The notes: a model not told the origin generated them from the sequence alone. 64,000 bases of DNA from Bdellovibrio sp. (GCA_036677065.1 JAKFBS010000004.1:448001-512000), one strand, 5' to 3'. Numbered from the stretch's first letter, positions 1-11,346 are shown. Numbers and translations: made by a program.

Positions 1-307
1 GAATATAGTCGCGTGTTGATTCGTCACTTGTTTCAACGAGAGCAATCCAAACTAAATGTTCAAGTTCAGTAGAGTGCAGGTTGCAGGTGCGTGCAAATTC
101 AATGGCCCTTTGCGGAGTTAAGGGTTTTCTTTTTTTAACCATGTCGATAATCAGACTTGCCGGCCAATTTAGAATTTTCGAAATTTTACGCCCAGAAATT
201 TTAGGTTCGTTCTTTAAATTCATAGAAATAACTGCAGCAAAAAAAGCGGACGAGTCCGTGTAGGTAAAAGTATCAGGTAACAGAATCGGACTTATTTTTG
301 TATCCAT
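1..307 (-). CDS. Partial CDS (5' part; runs off the window), TIGR02147/DUF4423-like HTH protein
   Basis: Manual translation from ATG at 307 is open to the window edge: MDTKISPILLPDTFTYTDSSAFF...ISGRKISKILNWPASLIIDMVKKRKPLTPQRAIEFARTCNLHSTELEHLVWIAL. It resembles the N-terminal HTH of the Bdellovibrionota TIGR02147 family. Not in the ORF track. Confidence 0.6.
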   Translation of the reverse strand, partial: MDTKISPILLPDTFTYTDSSAFFAAVISMNLKNEPKISGRKISKILNWPASLIIDMVKKRKPLTPQRAIEFARTCNLHSTELEHLVWIALVETSDESTRDYI

Positions 308-475
308 GCGATTGTTATTTCGCACTTTTTTTAAAAGCTCAATTAGTTTCACAAAAATAAAATAAAAAATTCACAAAAAAATACAAAAACATGAAAATCA
401 ACCGCAAAATTAAATACTTACAAGTATATAATTGTTTTGCATTTTCGCTATAATGTGTCGAAGAAAGCGGCTAAG

Positions 476-2800
476 CTACAGCCCGAGCTCAACCCAAGTG
501 ATGCCATCGCCGCCAGATTCTTGGTTTCCGGCTTTCCATTTTTTCACATACACCGAGCGTGACAGATAGGTACGAATCGCTTTTTTAAGCGATTCTGTAC
601 CGTGACCGTGAACGACTTTAAGACGATCTTCTTTTTGCACAGAAGCTTTGTCTAAAGCAAATTCAAGTTCTGATAAAGCTGTCTCTACGGTTTTACCGCG
701 CAGGTCAACCACGCGGTCTTCATCGTGAAATGAAACCTGTGTGCTAGAACGCTGCACGAGTTGGTTTGTCGGGTTTGCAAACTTATGCGCCGGTTTTAGA
801 TCTTGCCAGTGCAATTGCAATCGAATCGATTGCGATAAAATCATCACTTCACCTTTTGAGTTCGGAAGTGATTGCACGATACCATCTTGATTCAGCGAAG
901 AAACAAATACTTTACTGCCTGGTGGAAATTTTTTTCCGAACTCTGCAGCAGTTTGTATGCTTTGAGTTGTAATGGTTTGATTGCCTTTTACGATTTCAGG
1001 CAAGTTGTATTTTATGTCTTGTAATTCGCGATGTTTATTTAAAAGAGCTGCTGCTTTGGCTGTCGTAATAGCATCTTCGACTTTGGCTGAAGCTTTTTTT
1101 AGTGTTTTTTCTAATTCGTTTTCTTTTTGACGTTCAAACTGTTGAATTTGTGATTCAAGTGATAAACGTTTTTTCTCAACTTCTTTAAGTTCTTTTTTTA
1201 ATTTATCCTGAAGATTGCCGATGTCTCTTTTTAAATTTTCGATTTCTTCAAGCTGCGATAATTTTTTTTGCGCCAGTGGTGATAAGTTATCGGTGGCTTT
1301 AGCAATAATGGCTGGATCAACACCAACACGTTTTGCTGTAAGTAGGGCTAACGAATCACCCGGAATTCCAGGCAAGAAATGATAAGTTGGTTTACCGCTG
1401 CGTGAATCGTATTCTAAGCTTCCGTTAATGACGACATCTTCTGGTTTCCAGCCAGTTTTAAGCGGGCTTAAATGCGAAGTGATAATCGCAAAAACGCCAT
1501 TGTCTGCGTAAGCTTCGATGAACGAACGTGCTAAGGCACTGCCTTCTTCAGGGTCAGTAGAACCGCAGATTTCATCGACTAAAATTAGATTTTCTGTGCC
1601 TTTAAGTTTCAGGGCTTGGTCTAAAGTTTTTAAATGAGCGGCAAAAGTACTAAGATCTTCATCCACACTTTGTGAATCGCCAATGCCCGTACAAATATCT
1701 TTAAAAAATGGCAAACTTGATGCGCGATCAGCACAGATCGGCAAACCACAACGAGCCATCTGTGCGGCCAAGCCAATAGATTTAAGTAAAACAGTTTTAC
1801 CGCCGGCATTGGGGCCAGATAACATCAAGATCGATTTTTCAGGTGTAAGTGTGACCGTGTTGGCAATAACAGTTCTGCCAGTCATTTTTAAAAGCGGGTG
1901 GAATAGATCACGCAGATCAACCTTGTCACTGCTGAATTTGCAAGGTCTTGCACCTAACTGAATAGTTAATTGCGCTTTGGCTAATAAGACATCGGCTAAT
2001 AACATTTCTTTTTCAGTTTTTTCAAAGCCGACTTTTTGTGTAGCTAAATAATTAGAAATCTCGACTAATAATCTTTCGATCTCTTCATCGATTTCAACTT
2101 CAACATGGCGAAGTCGGTTATTGATCGGAATAATCGCTTCAGGTTCGATGTACACAGTTTGTTTTGATTGCGACGAAGCATGAATCACGCCCGGAACAAA
2201 GTGCTGCATGCCACCTTTAACCGGAATCACCCAACGGCCTTCGCGGGTCGTAACAAATCGTTCTTGTAACATGTGTTCGATGTCATGATCTTTAACTAGG
2301 CGATCCATTTGGTTTTGAATCTGACGGCTTAGAGAATCTTTTTCTTTGGATAAGCTATATAATTTTTCAGAAGCATCCATGCGGATATCACATGATGGTG
2401 TGATTAAATTATCAATCGCAGATAACGGTTCTTCAGCGTTCATTAATTTTTCGTGAAGATCTAAAGCCCAAGCTGTCGATTGTTCTTTTAAAGCTTCTTT
2501 AAGAGCGATCACTTCTAGGCAAAAATGTCTGACATCTTTTAATTCTAAAGGTTTTAATACGGCACTTTTGCGAACACGGGTAATCCATGTGGCAAAAAGG
2601 TCTAAACTTTCCATGTGTGGTCTAATGCCACCGGCTAAAATACCTAAAGCACTTTCGATTTCGTAAAAACTTTTTTCTGCAGCTTCGGAAGAAGCTAAAG
2701 GCTTAATGTCTTCGACAAGGGTTTTACCTTGGTCACAGGTCGCATAAGCTGCGGTCTTTTCTAAAATTTCAGACCAATCAAGATTTTTTATTGCGAGCAC
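476..2800 (-). CDS. mutS2: Endonuclease MutS2 (MutS ATPase plus C-terminal Smr domain)
   Basis: Walker A GPNAGGKT, STFAAHL, Walker B LVDE, C-terminal Smr (DLRG...VVHGHGT...GGDG). Likely GTG start at 2800 after an AGGGGG SD. Confidence 0.95.
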   Translation of the reverse strand: MLAIKNLDWSEILEKTAAYATCDQGKTLVEDIKPLASSEAAEKSFYEIESALGILAGGIRPHMESLDLFATWITRVRKSAVLKPLELKDVRHFCLEVIALKEALKEQSTAWALDLHEKLMNAEEPLSAIDNLITPSCDIRMDASEKLYSLSKEKDSLSRQIQNQMDRLVKDHDIEHMLQERFVTTREGRWVIPVKGGMQHFVPGVIHASSQSKQTVYIEPEAIIPINNRLRHVEVEIDEEIERLLVEISNYLATQKVGFEKTEKEMLLADVLLAKAQLTIQLGARPCKFSSDKVDLRDLFHPLLKMTGRTVIANTVTLTPEKSILMLSGPNAGGKTVLLKSIGLAAQMARCGLPICADRASSLPFFKDICTGIGDSQSVDEDLSTFAAHLKTLDQALKLKGTENLILVDEICGSTDPEEGSALARSFIEAYADNGVFAIITSHLSPLKTGWKPEDVVINGSLEYDSRSGKPTYHFLPGIPGDSLALLTAKRVGVDPAIIAKATDNLSPLAQKKLSQLEEIENLKRDIGNLQDKLKKELKEVEKKRLSLESQIQQFERQKENELEKTLKKASAKVEDAITTAKAAALLNKHRELQDIKYNLPEIVKGNQTITTQSIQTAAEFGKKFPPGSKVFVSSLNQDGIVQSLPNSKGEVMILSQSIRLQLHWQDLKPAHKFANPTNQLVQRSSTQVSFHDEDRVVDLRGKTVETALSELEFALDKASVQKEDRLKVVHGHGTESLKKAIRTYLSRSVYVKKWKAGNQESGGDGITWVELGL

Positions 2801-4412
2801 GATGCCCCCTCTCAAGAATTAAAAGCAAAATCAGAACCCATAATGCCCAATCCCAATATCCATATTTGCTGTAGAAAGTTAATTTCGGATTTTTATTGTA
2901 GGGCACAGTGTAAGTATGTGCCCATTTTTTATAAACTGGAGACTGTTCTAGAATTTCTCCGTTAGCTAAAATAATGGTGCTGATGCCGGTATTCGTAGAT
3001 CTGATCAAGGGTCTGCGATTTTCTAAACCGCGCGCTAAGGTCATGATCATGTGCTGGTAGGGTTCGGCCCAATCGCCAAACCATGAATCGTTTGTTAAAT
3101 TAAAAAATACTTCAGCGCCTACTTTTGCTAAACCACGTGAAAAGCCTGGGTTTAATGATTCGTAACAAATTTGCGGACCCAAAGTTAATTCTTGGTTTGT
3201 AAGGGGTATCGCTTTTTGCACAGGGCCTGGTCCACGTTCATAAACTCCGACAAACGGAAAAAGTTTGTATAAAAAGGGAGCCTCTTGGCCAAAGGGCATG
3301 TACTCGCCAAAAATCAACAGATCAGTTTTGTAGTAAGGTGCCGCGACTTCGCCATCGGGATTTATAAAAAACACCGAATTGCGAATGATCAGGTTTCCCA
3401 TATGGTCGCGTTTATAAGTGTCTTGAGAATAGGCGCCAGTGACCAAAGTTTTTTGCCAAGCTTTTACTTTGGCTAAAATACTCTGTTGGCTGGGTTTGTG
3501 GTGATAAACTTTGTCTAAAGCCACAGGTAGTGCGGTTTCTGGCCAGATGATCAAATCGGTTTCGTTATTTATGCGCGCTAATTCTTGTTCAGTGGCCTCA
3601 AAATAAGAATTAAAAACAAACGGTTGGTAGTCATAACCTTTTTCAGCCTGCAATTTTTCTTCGTTAGAAATATTGGCCTGAACAATAGTGACTTTAACTT
3701 GGCTATCGCTTTTGCTGAATTCTTGTTTTTTGCTTTGGCCAATTAGGGCAAGGCCGGTCACAGCTGCCAAAGTTATTGCAAGCACTGATAGGGCTTTTGC
3801 TTTGTGGGCTTTAAACGTCATTGCGGCATACAAAAGCATCGCCTGAAAAATAAAAATTAATGCCGAGATTCCCCAAAAACCGATGGTGTCAGCCCATTGA
3901 GCCAGCGGGGATTTGATCCACAAAAGGGTGTAACCTAAATTCCATTCGAAAATGCTCGGCCAAGTGCGCTCTAACAAAATATGAACCAAGGCGATGGTAA
4001 AAATAAAAGCTGTCGTTTGCAGATTGAATTTACGTTTAAGGTAAGTGGCGGCCACTAATGAAAATGGAATGTAGAGGTGAATAAATGAGGCAAATAGCAC
4101 CAAGGCGGCAAGGCTCAGAGGAACATTGAGGTGGCCAAATTCACGCGCGGTAAAGTAGATCCAGTTGAAGCCTAAAAGGGTTAATGTAAATTGTGAAATC
4201 CAGCCCAAAAAGAAAATAGCTTTATAGTTTTTGCTCTCAGAAGCCGTCAAAACGGCCCACCAAAGTGGGAGGTAGCAAAAGCCAATCGCCCATGGCGGAT
4301 AGGGAATGTAAGAAGTTCCAATCAGTACGCCGCTGAGCAAAGCTAAAAAGCTTAAAAAAATAATGCCCGGATTATTATAATTCCTCTTGAAAACTTCGCT
4401 GATTTTAGTCAT
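2778..4412 (-). CDS. lnt: Apolipoprotein N-acyltransferase
   Basis: Multi-TM N-terminus; nitrilase motifs WPE, YYK..L..FGEY, QICYE, TNDSWFG. Start is uncertain (4412 or 4430). Confidence 0.93.
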   Translation of the reverse strand: MTKISEVFKRNYNNPGIIFLSFLALLSGVLIGTSYIPYPPWAIGFCYLPLWWAVLTASESKNYKAIFFLGWISQFTLTLLGFNWIYFTAREFGHLNVPLSLAALVLFASFIHLYIPFSLVAATYLKRKFNLQTTAFIFTIALVHILLERTWPSIFEWNLGYTLLWIKSPLAQWADTIGFWGISALIFIFQAMLLYAAMTFKAHKAKALSVLAITLAAVTGLALIGQSKKQEFSKSDSQVKVTIVQANISNEEKLQAEKGYDYQPFVFNSYFEATEQELARINNETDLIIWPETALPVALDKVYHHKPSQQSILAKVKAWQKTLVTGAYSQDTYKRDHMGNLIIRNSVFFINPDGEVAAPYYKTDLLIFGEYMPFGQEAPFLYKLFPFVGVYERGPGPVQKAIPLTNQELTLGPQICYESLNPGFSRGLAKVGAEVFFNLTNDSWFGDWAEPYQHMIMTLARGLENRRPLIRSTNTGISTIILANGEILEQSPVYKKWAHTYTVPYNKNPKLTFYSKYGYWDWALWVLILLLILERGHRARNKKS

Positions 4413-4430
4413 CCTTATAACAGGTAGCAT

Positions 4431-5180
4431 ATGAATGTAGAATTAGCAGCTGAAATTCGATTCCGTTGTCCTCACTGTCAAAAGTTATTTTGTACAGATC
4501 AGACAGCCTTTGAAGGCCTGACGGCTCACGCCCATGGCGCTGATTTTCAATGCACCGATTGCCAAAAAGATTTTATCTTAAGTCGTGAAGTTTTAAGCTC
4601 TGGTCTTTACGAAACTTCAGAACTTCGTAAAACTCAATTTGCAAATTGCCCGAAATGTTCAGGGTTAAAACCTATAGGCCAAGATGAATGCCCTAATTGC
4701 GGGGTGCTTGAATCAAAGTTCACTGAAATACAAAAAGTTGAAAACCCACGTTTGTTTCAACTGAACAAAGCTTGGCAAGTTATTCTGAAAGACATTACTT
4801 CAGATCAGTCGCACCAATACTTTTTAGATCAGGCGCAAAAACAATCAGCACTTAATTTTGCGGCCCAAAAGTATAATGATCTTAAAAAAATCATGGGTGA
4901 AGATCCTTTGATTGAAAAATACTTAAAACAAATTGAACATCGCTTAGATGCGCATGTTAAATCACAGTTTAACCAATCACGTGGTGAAAACCATGAAGCA
5001 CAGCAGTCGTTACTTGCAAGTGGCCGCTTATTTATCTTTGTCGCTTTATTTGGAACTTTTATTTTGATTCTCAATAAGATTAAGCCACTCTTTCCGAATT
5101 TGACGGGCTTGGTAGTGGCTGTGACAGTTCTATCTTACGGACTGTGGTTTTTAACTCGTCCCACAGTCAAAAAGAATTAA
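4431..5180 (+). CDS. Double zinc-ribbon protein with two C-terminal TM helices
   Basis: Four CxxC motifs (CPHC, CTDC, CPKC, CPNC) and a hydrophobic C-terminus. Confidence 0.75.
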   Translation: MNVELAAEIRFRCPHCQKLFCTDQTAFEGLTAHAHGADFQCTDCQKDFILSREVLSSGLYETSELRKTQFANCPKCSGLKPIGQDECPNCGVLESKFTEIQKVENPRLFQLNKAWQVILKDITSDQSHQYFLDQAQKQSALNFAAQKYNDLKKIMGEDPLIEKYLKQIEHRLDAHVKSQFNQSRGENHEAQQSLLASGRLFIFVALFGTFILILNKIKPLFPNLTGLVVAVTVLSYGLWFLTRPTVKKN

Positions 5181-5191
5181 TTGTAAACGTC

Positions 5192-6604
5192 TTAGTTTTC
5201 ATTAGTTTCGGTTTTTGTACCTAAACGTTCAGGAGCTTTGATGATAGCTTTCTTAGCTGGCTTTTGCCCCATGGCTTTTAAGATATCATTACCAAATGCA
5301 GCCATCTGATCGACTTGCTTACGATTACCCACGTTTGGATCAACGCCAGCGGCTTTACCCGAAGAAAAAAAGCTGCGATCCATAGTATCTAAAAATTTCG
5401 TTCCGGCAAATCCAGTGCTTTTTTCTAAAATCGTTAACGACTTAAATAAATTTAACTGACGAGCTGTGCGCGTCTTATTAGCTAAGGATAGCGAAGAATC
5501 GCCTGTGGCTAAGATAAATCTTTTTACATCATCAGCTTTCCAGTAAAGTTCTTTGTCGGCGATAACTAAAACAGCAGCGCCGGTCACAAACGCAGTGGCT
5601 TGTGAAGTTCCGGTCATTAAACCGTAAGAGTTATTCGGTAAACATGATAAGATCGTTTGCCCCGGAGCTGCGATATCTACAGTCTCGGTGCCGTAATTTG
5701 AAGAAGATAAAACTTCGGTTGTTGGATCAATCGCTGTTACTGAAATAATATTTTTTAATTTGTAATCAGCCGGGTAGTAGTGATGTTCATCAGAATTTGA
5801 ACGCTCGTTACCAGCGGCCGCAACAAAAAGAATTCCTTGTTTTTCAGCGGCAGCTACAGCGTCGTGTTCTTCCTGAGAAAATTCAGTGCCACCACCAGAA
5901 TAATTGATAACATGTGCACCCATTTTAACTGCGTAGTTGATCGATTGAATTGTATTTTTTAAATTGTCTGTGTTTGGAACTTTCGGATCATAATATTTTA
6001 AAATCATTAAACTCACATCGGGTGAAATGCCGCTGATACCTTTACGGTTTCCAGCTTCGGCGCCGATGATGCCGGCAATATGAGTGCCGTGACCATGATT
6101 ATCATCAAGTTTTGCATTCTGTGATACAAAGTTCCAACCATAAATATCATCGACAAAACCATTACCATCATCATCAATACCGTTTGAGGCTTTATTGCGG
6201 CCTTTGGCATCCAGACCAGTTTCGCCTGGGTTTTTCCAAAGATTATTTTTTAAGTCTTCATGATGAATATCAATACCGGTATCGATCACCGCTACGATCA
6301 CTTTTTTGCTGCCTCTGGTGATTGACCACGCGCGCGCAGCATCAGATTTTTTTAAACCCCAAGCCTGTTTAATCGCCGGATCATTGAATAAAGCAGAAGG
6401 CTCGTTTGGAACTGTCGTTGACGAGTCGACAACAGTTCCAAGTTCTAAAGTTCTGTTATCAACTTTTTTAATTTTTGCTTTTTGTGATTGCGCTGTACGT
6501 TCAGGAGTCAGGTCACGGTTTTTCTTGTATAACAAAAATCCGCCTATTGAAAAGCAGAACACAGCAAAAGTACCAATAACAGCATTTAGAAGTTTATTAT
6601 TCAT
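5192..6604 (-). CDS. S8 subtilase-family serine protease, N-terminally anchored
   Basis: Catalytic triad motifs VIDTG, HGHGTH and GTSQA; oxyanion motif AAGN; N-terminal hydrophobic helix. Confidence 0.92.
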   Translation of the reverse strand: MNNKLLNAVIGTFAVFCFSIGGFLLYKKNRDLTPERTAQSQKAKIKKVDNRTLELGTVVDSSTTVPNEPSALFNDPAIKQAWGLKKSDAARAWSITRGSKKVIVAVIDTGIDIHHEDLKNNLWKNPGETGLDAKGRNKASNGIDDDGNGFVDDIYGWNFVSQNAKLDDNHGHGTHIAGIIGAEAGNRKGISGISPDVSLMILKYYDPKVPNTDNLKNTIQSINYAVKMGAHVINYSGGGTEFSQEEHDAVAAAEKQGILFVAAAGNERSNSDEHHYYPADYKLKNIISVTAIDPTTEVLSSSNYGTETVDIAAPGQTILSCLPNNSYGLMTGTSQATAFVTGAAVLVIADKELYWKADDVKRFILATGDSSLSLANKTRTARQLNLFKSLTILEKSTGFAGTKFLDTMDRSFFSSGKAAGVDPNVGNRKQVDQMAAFGNDILKAMGQKPAKKAIIKAPERLGTKTETNEN

Positions 6605-6611
6605 AATGTGT

Positions 6612-6639
6612 TTATCGGTACTTTAAGACGCAAATCTTA
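6612..6639 (-). promoter_or_regulatory. sigma28 (FliA)-like promoter of the subtilase gene
   Basis: TAAG-N16-ACCGATAA on the minus strand, 7 nt before the ATG. Confidence 0.65.
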
Positions 6640-6653
6640 AGACTTAAGATGGC

Positions 6654-8501
6654 TTATTTTGATACAGTGGGGGCATTCATCACAAGGTCAGTCTGCTTGA
6701 TAAAATTCTCAGGAAAGCCAAACTCCTTGCTCGGATTCTCTAAGCGATCATAAAACAGAAGATTGCGGGCGATGATTTTTACATAAAGTCTAGTTTCGTC
6801 GTAAGGAATCTCTTCGATGAAATCAACAATATCGAATTTAGGGCGAAACCGGGTTTTTAACCAACGCGATACAGCCCCAGGTCCAGCATTGTACGCGGCA
6901 GCGACAAGAGCGTATTGATCTTTTTGCTTTTTAACTTGTGCTGATAATTCATAACTTCCGATTTTAATATTGATTTGCGGGTTAAATAAATCTTCGGCTT
7001 TTTTGTATTCGACTTTGTGCTTACGGGCTAAATGTTTGGCTAACGGCGGAATCACCTGCATCAGGCCGTAAGCATTAGCGGGGCTGCGTGAATTCATATT
7101 AAACGCAGACTCTTGGCGCATGATCGAAAATATCAAACTTGAAGGCAAGCCCGTCACAGAGGCCATTTCTTTAACTTCGCTATGGTATAATCTTGGAAAC
7201 AAAAGATCATATTTCTGCACTAGAATGTCTTGTTTTTGTTCGATCGGAAGTTTAGAAAATGCGATGAACAAGGGTAAAAAACGTTGCCCACGATGAGCTA
7301 ATTCTAATCCCAGCACAGTTAATTGTTCTGGGTTATCAGTTAAAGCTAAAGTCGTACGTTCGGCTAAATCAACTTCGTCGTGCTGTAATAGTGCATTAAA
7401 GAAATCTTTTTGTTTCGGGGTTAAAAAAGATAATGATTTGTCAAAATTAAATTTTTCAGTGGCCTTTAGTGAATTAAACGCCGGAACTTTTTGTCCGAGC
7501 TCATCGTAAGCTAAAAGCGAATAATAACTGTAAAAATCTTCTTGGGTCATTTGTGTCCAGATTTTCACAGCATCATCTTTTTTATCGATGCGAACAAGGC
7601 TGCGCGCCAAGAAAAAGTTAGCGCGTGATTTTTCAGCCACATCAATTGTTTCTGTGGCTAAAACTTTAAAGGCTTCAGAAGCTTGTGCCCACTGTTCGTC
7701 TTTGTAAAGAACCCAGGCTTTTGTCCACAATAGTTTTTCACGTGTTAAAAGCGCATTTTTCGATGGACCTTTTTTAAGGTCAGCTAAAACACTGTCATAT
7801 AGAGCTAGCGCATCTTTGAATTTTTCTTCATCTTCTTTAACTTTGCCAAGCAAATATGAAATGTCAGATAGATTTTGTTGCTCGATAGTTTTAAAGGCTG
7901 TGATAGTTGCATTTAATAGGCTATCAGCTTTTTTAAATTCGTTATCTGAATAATAAATGCGGCCTAAATTCACCGAAGCTTCTAAATACAGGTCTTGATG
8001 TTTAATGTTTTTAGAATCTTTTTTAAATGTTTTTAAAGATAGAACGTGAAAATCTTTAAGAACCTTAAGGGCGTCATTTTTTTTGTTATTGTTGCGGTAT
8101 TTAATGCGCAATTGTTTTAGCAAAGCCATTTTTTCGATGGGCTTTTTTTCTTTGCTAATTTGTTTACGTAAACTGGCAATAGATTCGGTTTCTGCAATGG
8201 CCACTTGGGCCGTGGCCGATACTGGTGTCGGTAATAATAAAATATTTGCTTCAGCTATTTCCTGAATAAAGATTCGGCGTTCAAAATCAGTCACAGATTT
8301 CATATCATAATTAAAACCCGGGCATTTTTTAATGCCACGAATTCCGGCTAAAGAACTTAAGGCGAAGCTTTTGTCTTGTGAAGCTTTTGTAAGTTGTTCG
8401 CAAGACATATCTTTAATCTTTGTATAGCCCAAAAGCTGCGCATGAGAGCAGGCGAAAAAGAAGGGGATTACAAAGCAGAACTTTTTTAAAATTGAAATCA
8501 T
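6654..8501 (-). CDS. Soluble lytic transglycosylase (TPR-like solenoid plus SLT domain)
   Basis: Signal/lipoprotein-like N-terminus, helical repeats, IMRQES (catalytic Glu), GLMQV, AAYNAG. Confidence 0.92.
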   Translation of the reverse strand: MISILKKFCFVIPFFFACSHAQLLGYTKIKDMSCEQLTKASQDKSFALSSLAGIRGIKKCPGFNYDMKSVTDFERRIFIQEIAEANILLLPTPVSATAQVAIAETESIASLRKQISKEKKPIEKMALLKQLRIKYRNNNKKNDALKVLKDFHVLSLKTFKKDSKNIKHQDLYLEASVNLGRIYYSDNEFKKADSLLNATITAFKTIEQQNLSDISYLLGKVKEDEEKFKDALALYDSVLADLKKGPSKNALLTREKLLWTKAWVLYKDEQWAQASEAFKVLATETIDVAEKSRANFFLARSLVRIDKKDDAVKIWTQMTQEDFYSYYSLLAYDELGQKVPAFNSLKATEKFNFDKSLSFLTPKQKDFFNALLQHDEVDLAERTTLALTDNPEQLTVLGLELAHRGQRFLPLFIAFSKLPIEQKQDILVQKYDLLFPRLYHSEVKEMASVTGLPSSLIFSIMRQESAFNMNSRSPANAYGLMQVIPPLAKHLARKHKVEYKKAEDLFNPQINIKIGSYELSAQVKKQKDQYALVAAAYNAGPGAVSRWLKTRFRPKFDIVDFIEEIPYDETRLYVKIIARNLLFYDRLENPSKEFGFPENFIKQTDLVMNAPTVSK

Positions 8502-8521
8502 TGTGCCTATCCTAGCTGTAA

Positions 8522-10786
8522 TTAAATGTTATAGCTAAATTCTAATATCTTGTTTGTTTGCGAAAAAGTAACATTAATCTTTCCGCCATTTTTTAATTTA
8601 CCGAATAATAACTCATCGATGATTCGGGCTTTCACCAGCTCATCAATTTTACGGTGCAGCGGTCGCGCGCCATACACCGGGTCATAGCCGGATTCAGCAA
8701 TAAAAGTAACTGCTGAATCGTCATATGTAAAATCAACTTTTTTAGCCGCCAAGGTGTGCTTAAGCTCGGTTAAAAATTTATCGACGATATTTTTGATTAA
8801 ATCTAATGTTAAACCGTTAAAATATATAATTTTATCTAGGCGATTAATAAATTCTGGGGCAAAAGTTTTTTTGATTGCTTCAGCGCTAACTTGGCCAGGA
8901 ACACTTTTACCTAAACCAATGCTTCCGCGCGCAACATCGGCAGCTCCTGCGTTTGAAGTCATCACTAGAATAGAATTTTTAAAATCAACTATTCGGCCGT
9001 TACCATCAGTTAAGCGGCCGCCATCCATAATTTGTAATAAAATATTATAAATATCTGAATGCGCTTTTTCAATTTCGTCTAATAAAATTAAAGAGTATGG
9101 CGCTTTTGAAACAGCTTCAGTAAGTTGTCCGCCTTGTTCAAAGCCCACGTATCCCGGAGGCGCCCCTACAAGGCGTGAGATCGAATGTTTTTCCATGTAT
9201 TCACTCATATCAAAACGTTGGTAATTGACGCCAAGAATGCGCGCTAGCTGTTTACAGACTTCGGTTTTACCAACACCGGTAGGGCCGGCGAATAAAAAGC
9301 TTCCCCACGGTTTTTCTTTGGTTTCTAAACCACTGCGCGCAAATTTAATCGCCTGAGTTAATGCAGAAATCGCATCGTCTTGGCCAAAAATTAATGATTT
9401 AAGTTTAATATCTAAATCTTTAAGCTGGCTTAAATCATCTGATGATAATTGCGTTGTCGGCACACCAGAAATTTTTGAAATAATAGCAGCAACGTCTTCG
9501 ACATCGACTGTTTTTTGTTTTTTTAGCTTAGTGGTTGAGCCGACTTCATCTAAGATATCAATCGCTTTATCCGGAAGCTTTGCCGAAGTTAAATATTTTA
9601 CTGATAATTCTACGCAGGCACGAATCGCAGCTTTTGTGTAAGTCACGTCATGAAATTTTTCGTACTGTGATTTTAGGGCTTCTAAAATCTGTACGGTGTC
9701 TTCAATGGTAGGCTCTTTAATATCAACGCGTTGAAATCTGCGGTTAAGGCCGCGATCTTTTTCAAAGTGCTGGCGATATTCCTGAAACGTCGTTGCGCCG
9801 ATACAAGAAATTTCACCTTTAGATAAAGCAGGTTTTAATAAATTAGCCGCATCCATTGATGAGCCAGAAGTTGATCCAGCGCCTACGATATTATGAATTT
9901 CATCAATGAATAAAATAATATTCGGGTCGGCTTTGGCTTCTTTTAAAATATTTTTTAAGCGGCCTTCAAAATCACCACGGTATTTTGCTCCGGCTAAAAG
10001 TGAACCCACATCAACTGAATAAATAACTTTGTTCAATAAAAATTCAGGAACTTGGCCTTGATTAATTTTTTCAGCTAAACCTTCAACGATGGCTGTTTTA
10101 CCAACACCACTGTCACCAATAATTAAAGGATTGTTTTTCTGGCGACGGCCTAAAGTTTGAATCATTTTTTCAATGATATCTTCGCGACCTATCAAAGGAT
10201 CTTTTTTACCACTGCGGGCGTAATCATTTAGATTAATCGCAAAATCTTCTAAAGCCGTTGATTTTTTATCAGCGCCTTGAGTTGAGCGTGTGTCATCAGC
10301 TGTTGATTCAGTTCCTGTCGGCGTGCTCGCAGACAGTTCGTGGCTGACGACCGAGATCACATCAAACTGGGTTAAGCCCATTTTTTGTAAAACAAAAGCT
10401 GCTTTCGATTTTTTTTCATCAAAGACAGAAATAAAAACTGAAAGTTCATTGATTTCAGATCTTCCAGAGTTTTGCATCTGCAAAGCCGCGCGCTCAAAAG
10501 CGCGATGAACAGAAACGGTGAGTTGCGCTTTCCATTCTGTCAGGTCACCTTCCGGACTTAAAACTTTTTTTTCGTCTTCAGAAAGGGTTTCGTTTTTGTT
10601 AATATATTTTTGCAGTTCTTTTTTAACTTCGGCGACATTCACATTTAGTTTATCGCAAACTTCAATCACCTGCGGTGCCTCTAACAGCGTAAACGTGAAA
10701 TGCTCAAGCGTAACAAATTCATGCGATTTTTTGGTCGCAAGATCGATGGCTTTACCTAATCTTTTATCAAGTTCTTTAGATATCAT
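8522..10786 (-). CDS. clpA: ATP-dependent Clp protease ATP-binding subunit ClpA
   Basis: Clp N-domain; two AAA+ modules ([16 protein letters not shown]); no ClpB middle domain; IGL loop; next to clpS. Confidence 0.95.
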   Translation of the reverse strand: MISKELDKRLGKAIDLATKKSHEFVTLEHFTFTLLEAPQVIEVCDKLNVNVAEVKKELQKYINKNETLSEDEKKVLSPEGDLTEWKAQLTVSVHRAFERAALQMQNSGRSEINELSVFISVFDEKKSKAAFVLQKMGLTQFDVISVVSHELSASTPTGTESTADDTRSTQGADKKSTALEDFAINLNDYARSGKKDPLIGREDIIEKMIQTLGRRQKNNPLIIGDSGVGKTAIVEGLAEKINQGQVPEFLLNKVIYSVDVGSLLAGAKYRGDFEGRLKNILKEAKADPNIILFIDEIHNIVGAGSTSGSSMDAANLLKPALSKGEISCIGATTFQEYRQHFEKDRGLNRRFQRVDIKEPTIEDTVQILEALKSQYEKFHDVTYTKAAIRACVELSVKYLTSAKLPDKAIDILDEVGSTTKLKKQKTVDVEDVAAIISKISGVPTTQLSSDDLSQLKDLDIKLKSLIFGQDDAISALTQAIKFARSGLETKEKPWGSFLFAGPTGVGKTEVCKQLARILGVNYQRFDMSEYMEKHSISRLVGAPPGYVGFEQGGQLTEAVSKAPYSLILLDEIEKAHSDIYNILLQIMDGGRLTDGNGRIVDFKNSILVMTSNAGAADVARGSIGLGKSVPGQVSAEAIKKTFAPEFINRLDKIIYFNGLTLDLIKNIVDKFLTELKHTLAAKKVDFTYDDSAVTFIAESGYDPVYGARPLHRKIDELVKARIIDELLFGKLKNGGKINVTFSQTNKILEFSYNI

Positions 10787-10797
10787 AAGTTCCGCCT

Positions 10798-11211
10798 TTA
10801 CTTGTCTTCTTCAACAATACATTTTAACGGGTATTTATTGCTTTTAGCAAACTGGTTTACTTGTAGGGCTTTAGTTTCAGCCACTTCAAAAGTATACACT
10901 CCTGCCACACCAGAACCTAGTTTATGGACGTCTAGCATGATCTTTTCTGCGCTTTTGTCGTCATGTTTAAAAAAAGTTTTTAAAACATAAACAACAAAAT
11001 CCATCGGCGTGTAATCATCATTCAAAAGTAAAACTTTATAAAGGCTGGGCTCTTCAGTTTCGACTTCATCCAGTAAATCAATACCGGTTGCAGAATCGTT
11101 CTTGCCGCCACTATCGTTTTGTCCAGATAACTGGATTTTGTAGAATGAAGAAACATGTGTTTTGCCTTCGGCAAAGTCGTTCTCAGGTTGATACGTGTTT
11201 GTTTGATACAT
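10798..11211 (-). CDS. clpS: Clp adaptor ClpS
   Basis: YKVLLLNDDYTPMDFV...IMLDVH...G motif. Start chosen at ATG 11211 (uncertain). Confidence 0.93.
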   Translation of the reverse strand: MYQTNTYQPENDFAEGKTHVSSFYKIQLSGQNDSGGKNDSATGIDLLDEVETEEPSLYKVLLLNDDYTPMDFVVYVLKTFFKHDDKSAEKIMLDVHKLGSGVAGVYTFEVAETKALQVNQFAKSNKYPLKCIVEEDK

Positions 11212-11256
11212 AATTATTATTCTAGTCAAGGTACGGTTAAAATCAACGAACAAAAT

Positions 11257-11284
11257 TCATTTCAATACTTGTCAAAGCCGATGA
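11257..11284 (+). promoter_or_regulatory. sigma28-like promoter upstream of the pilin gene
   Basis: TCAT-N16-GCCGATGA. Confidence 0.45.
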
Positions 11285-11346
11285 ATGTTATAATATTTAG
11301 GTGTGTGTCGTTATTATTTATTAAATATAAAGGGGATAAAGTTATT

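Noticed and set aside
81..263. 60-aa plus-strand ORF
   Set aside because: It is the antisense shadow of the partial minus-strand gene 1-307.
11155..11346. Long N-terminal extension of the pilin ORF in the ORF track
   Set aside because: The SD and class III leader indicate the true start is 11347; the extension overlaps clpS and the promoters.
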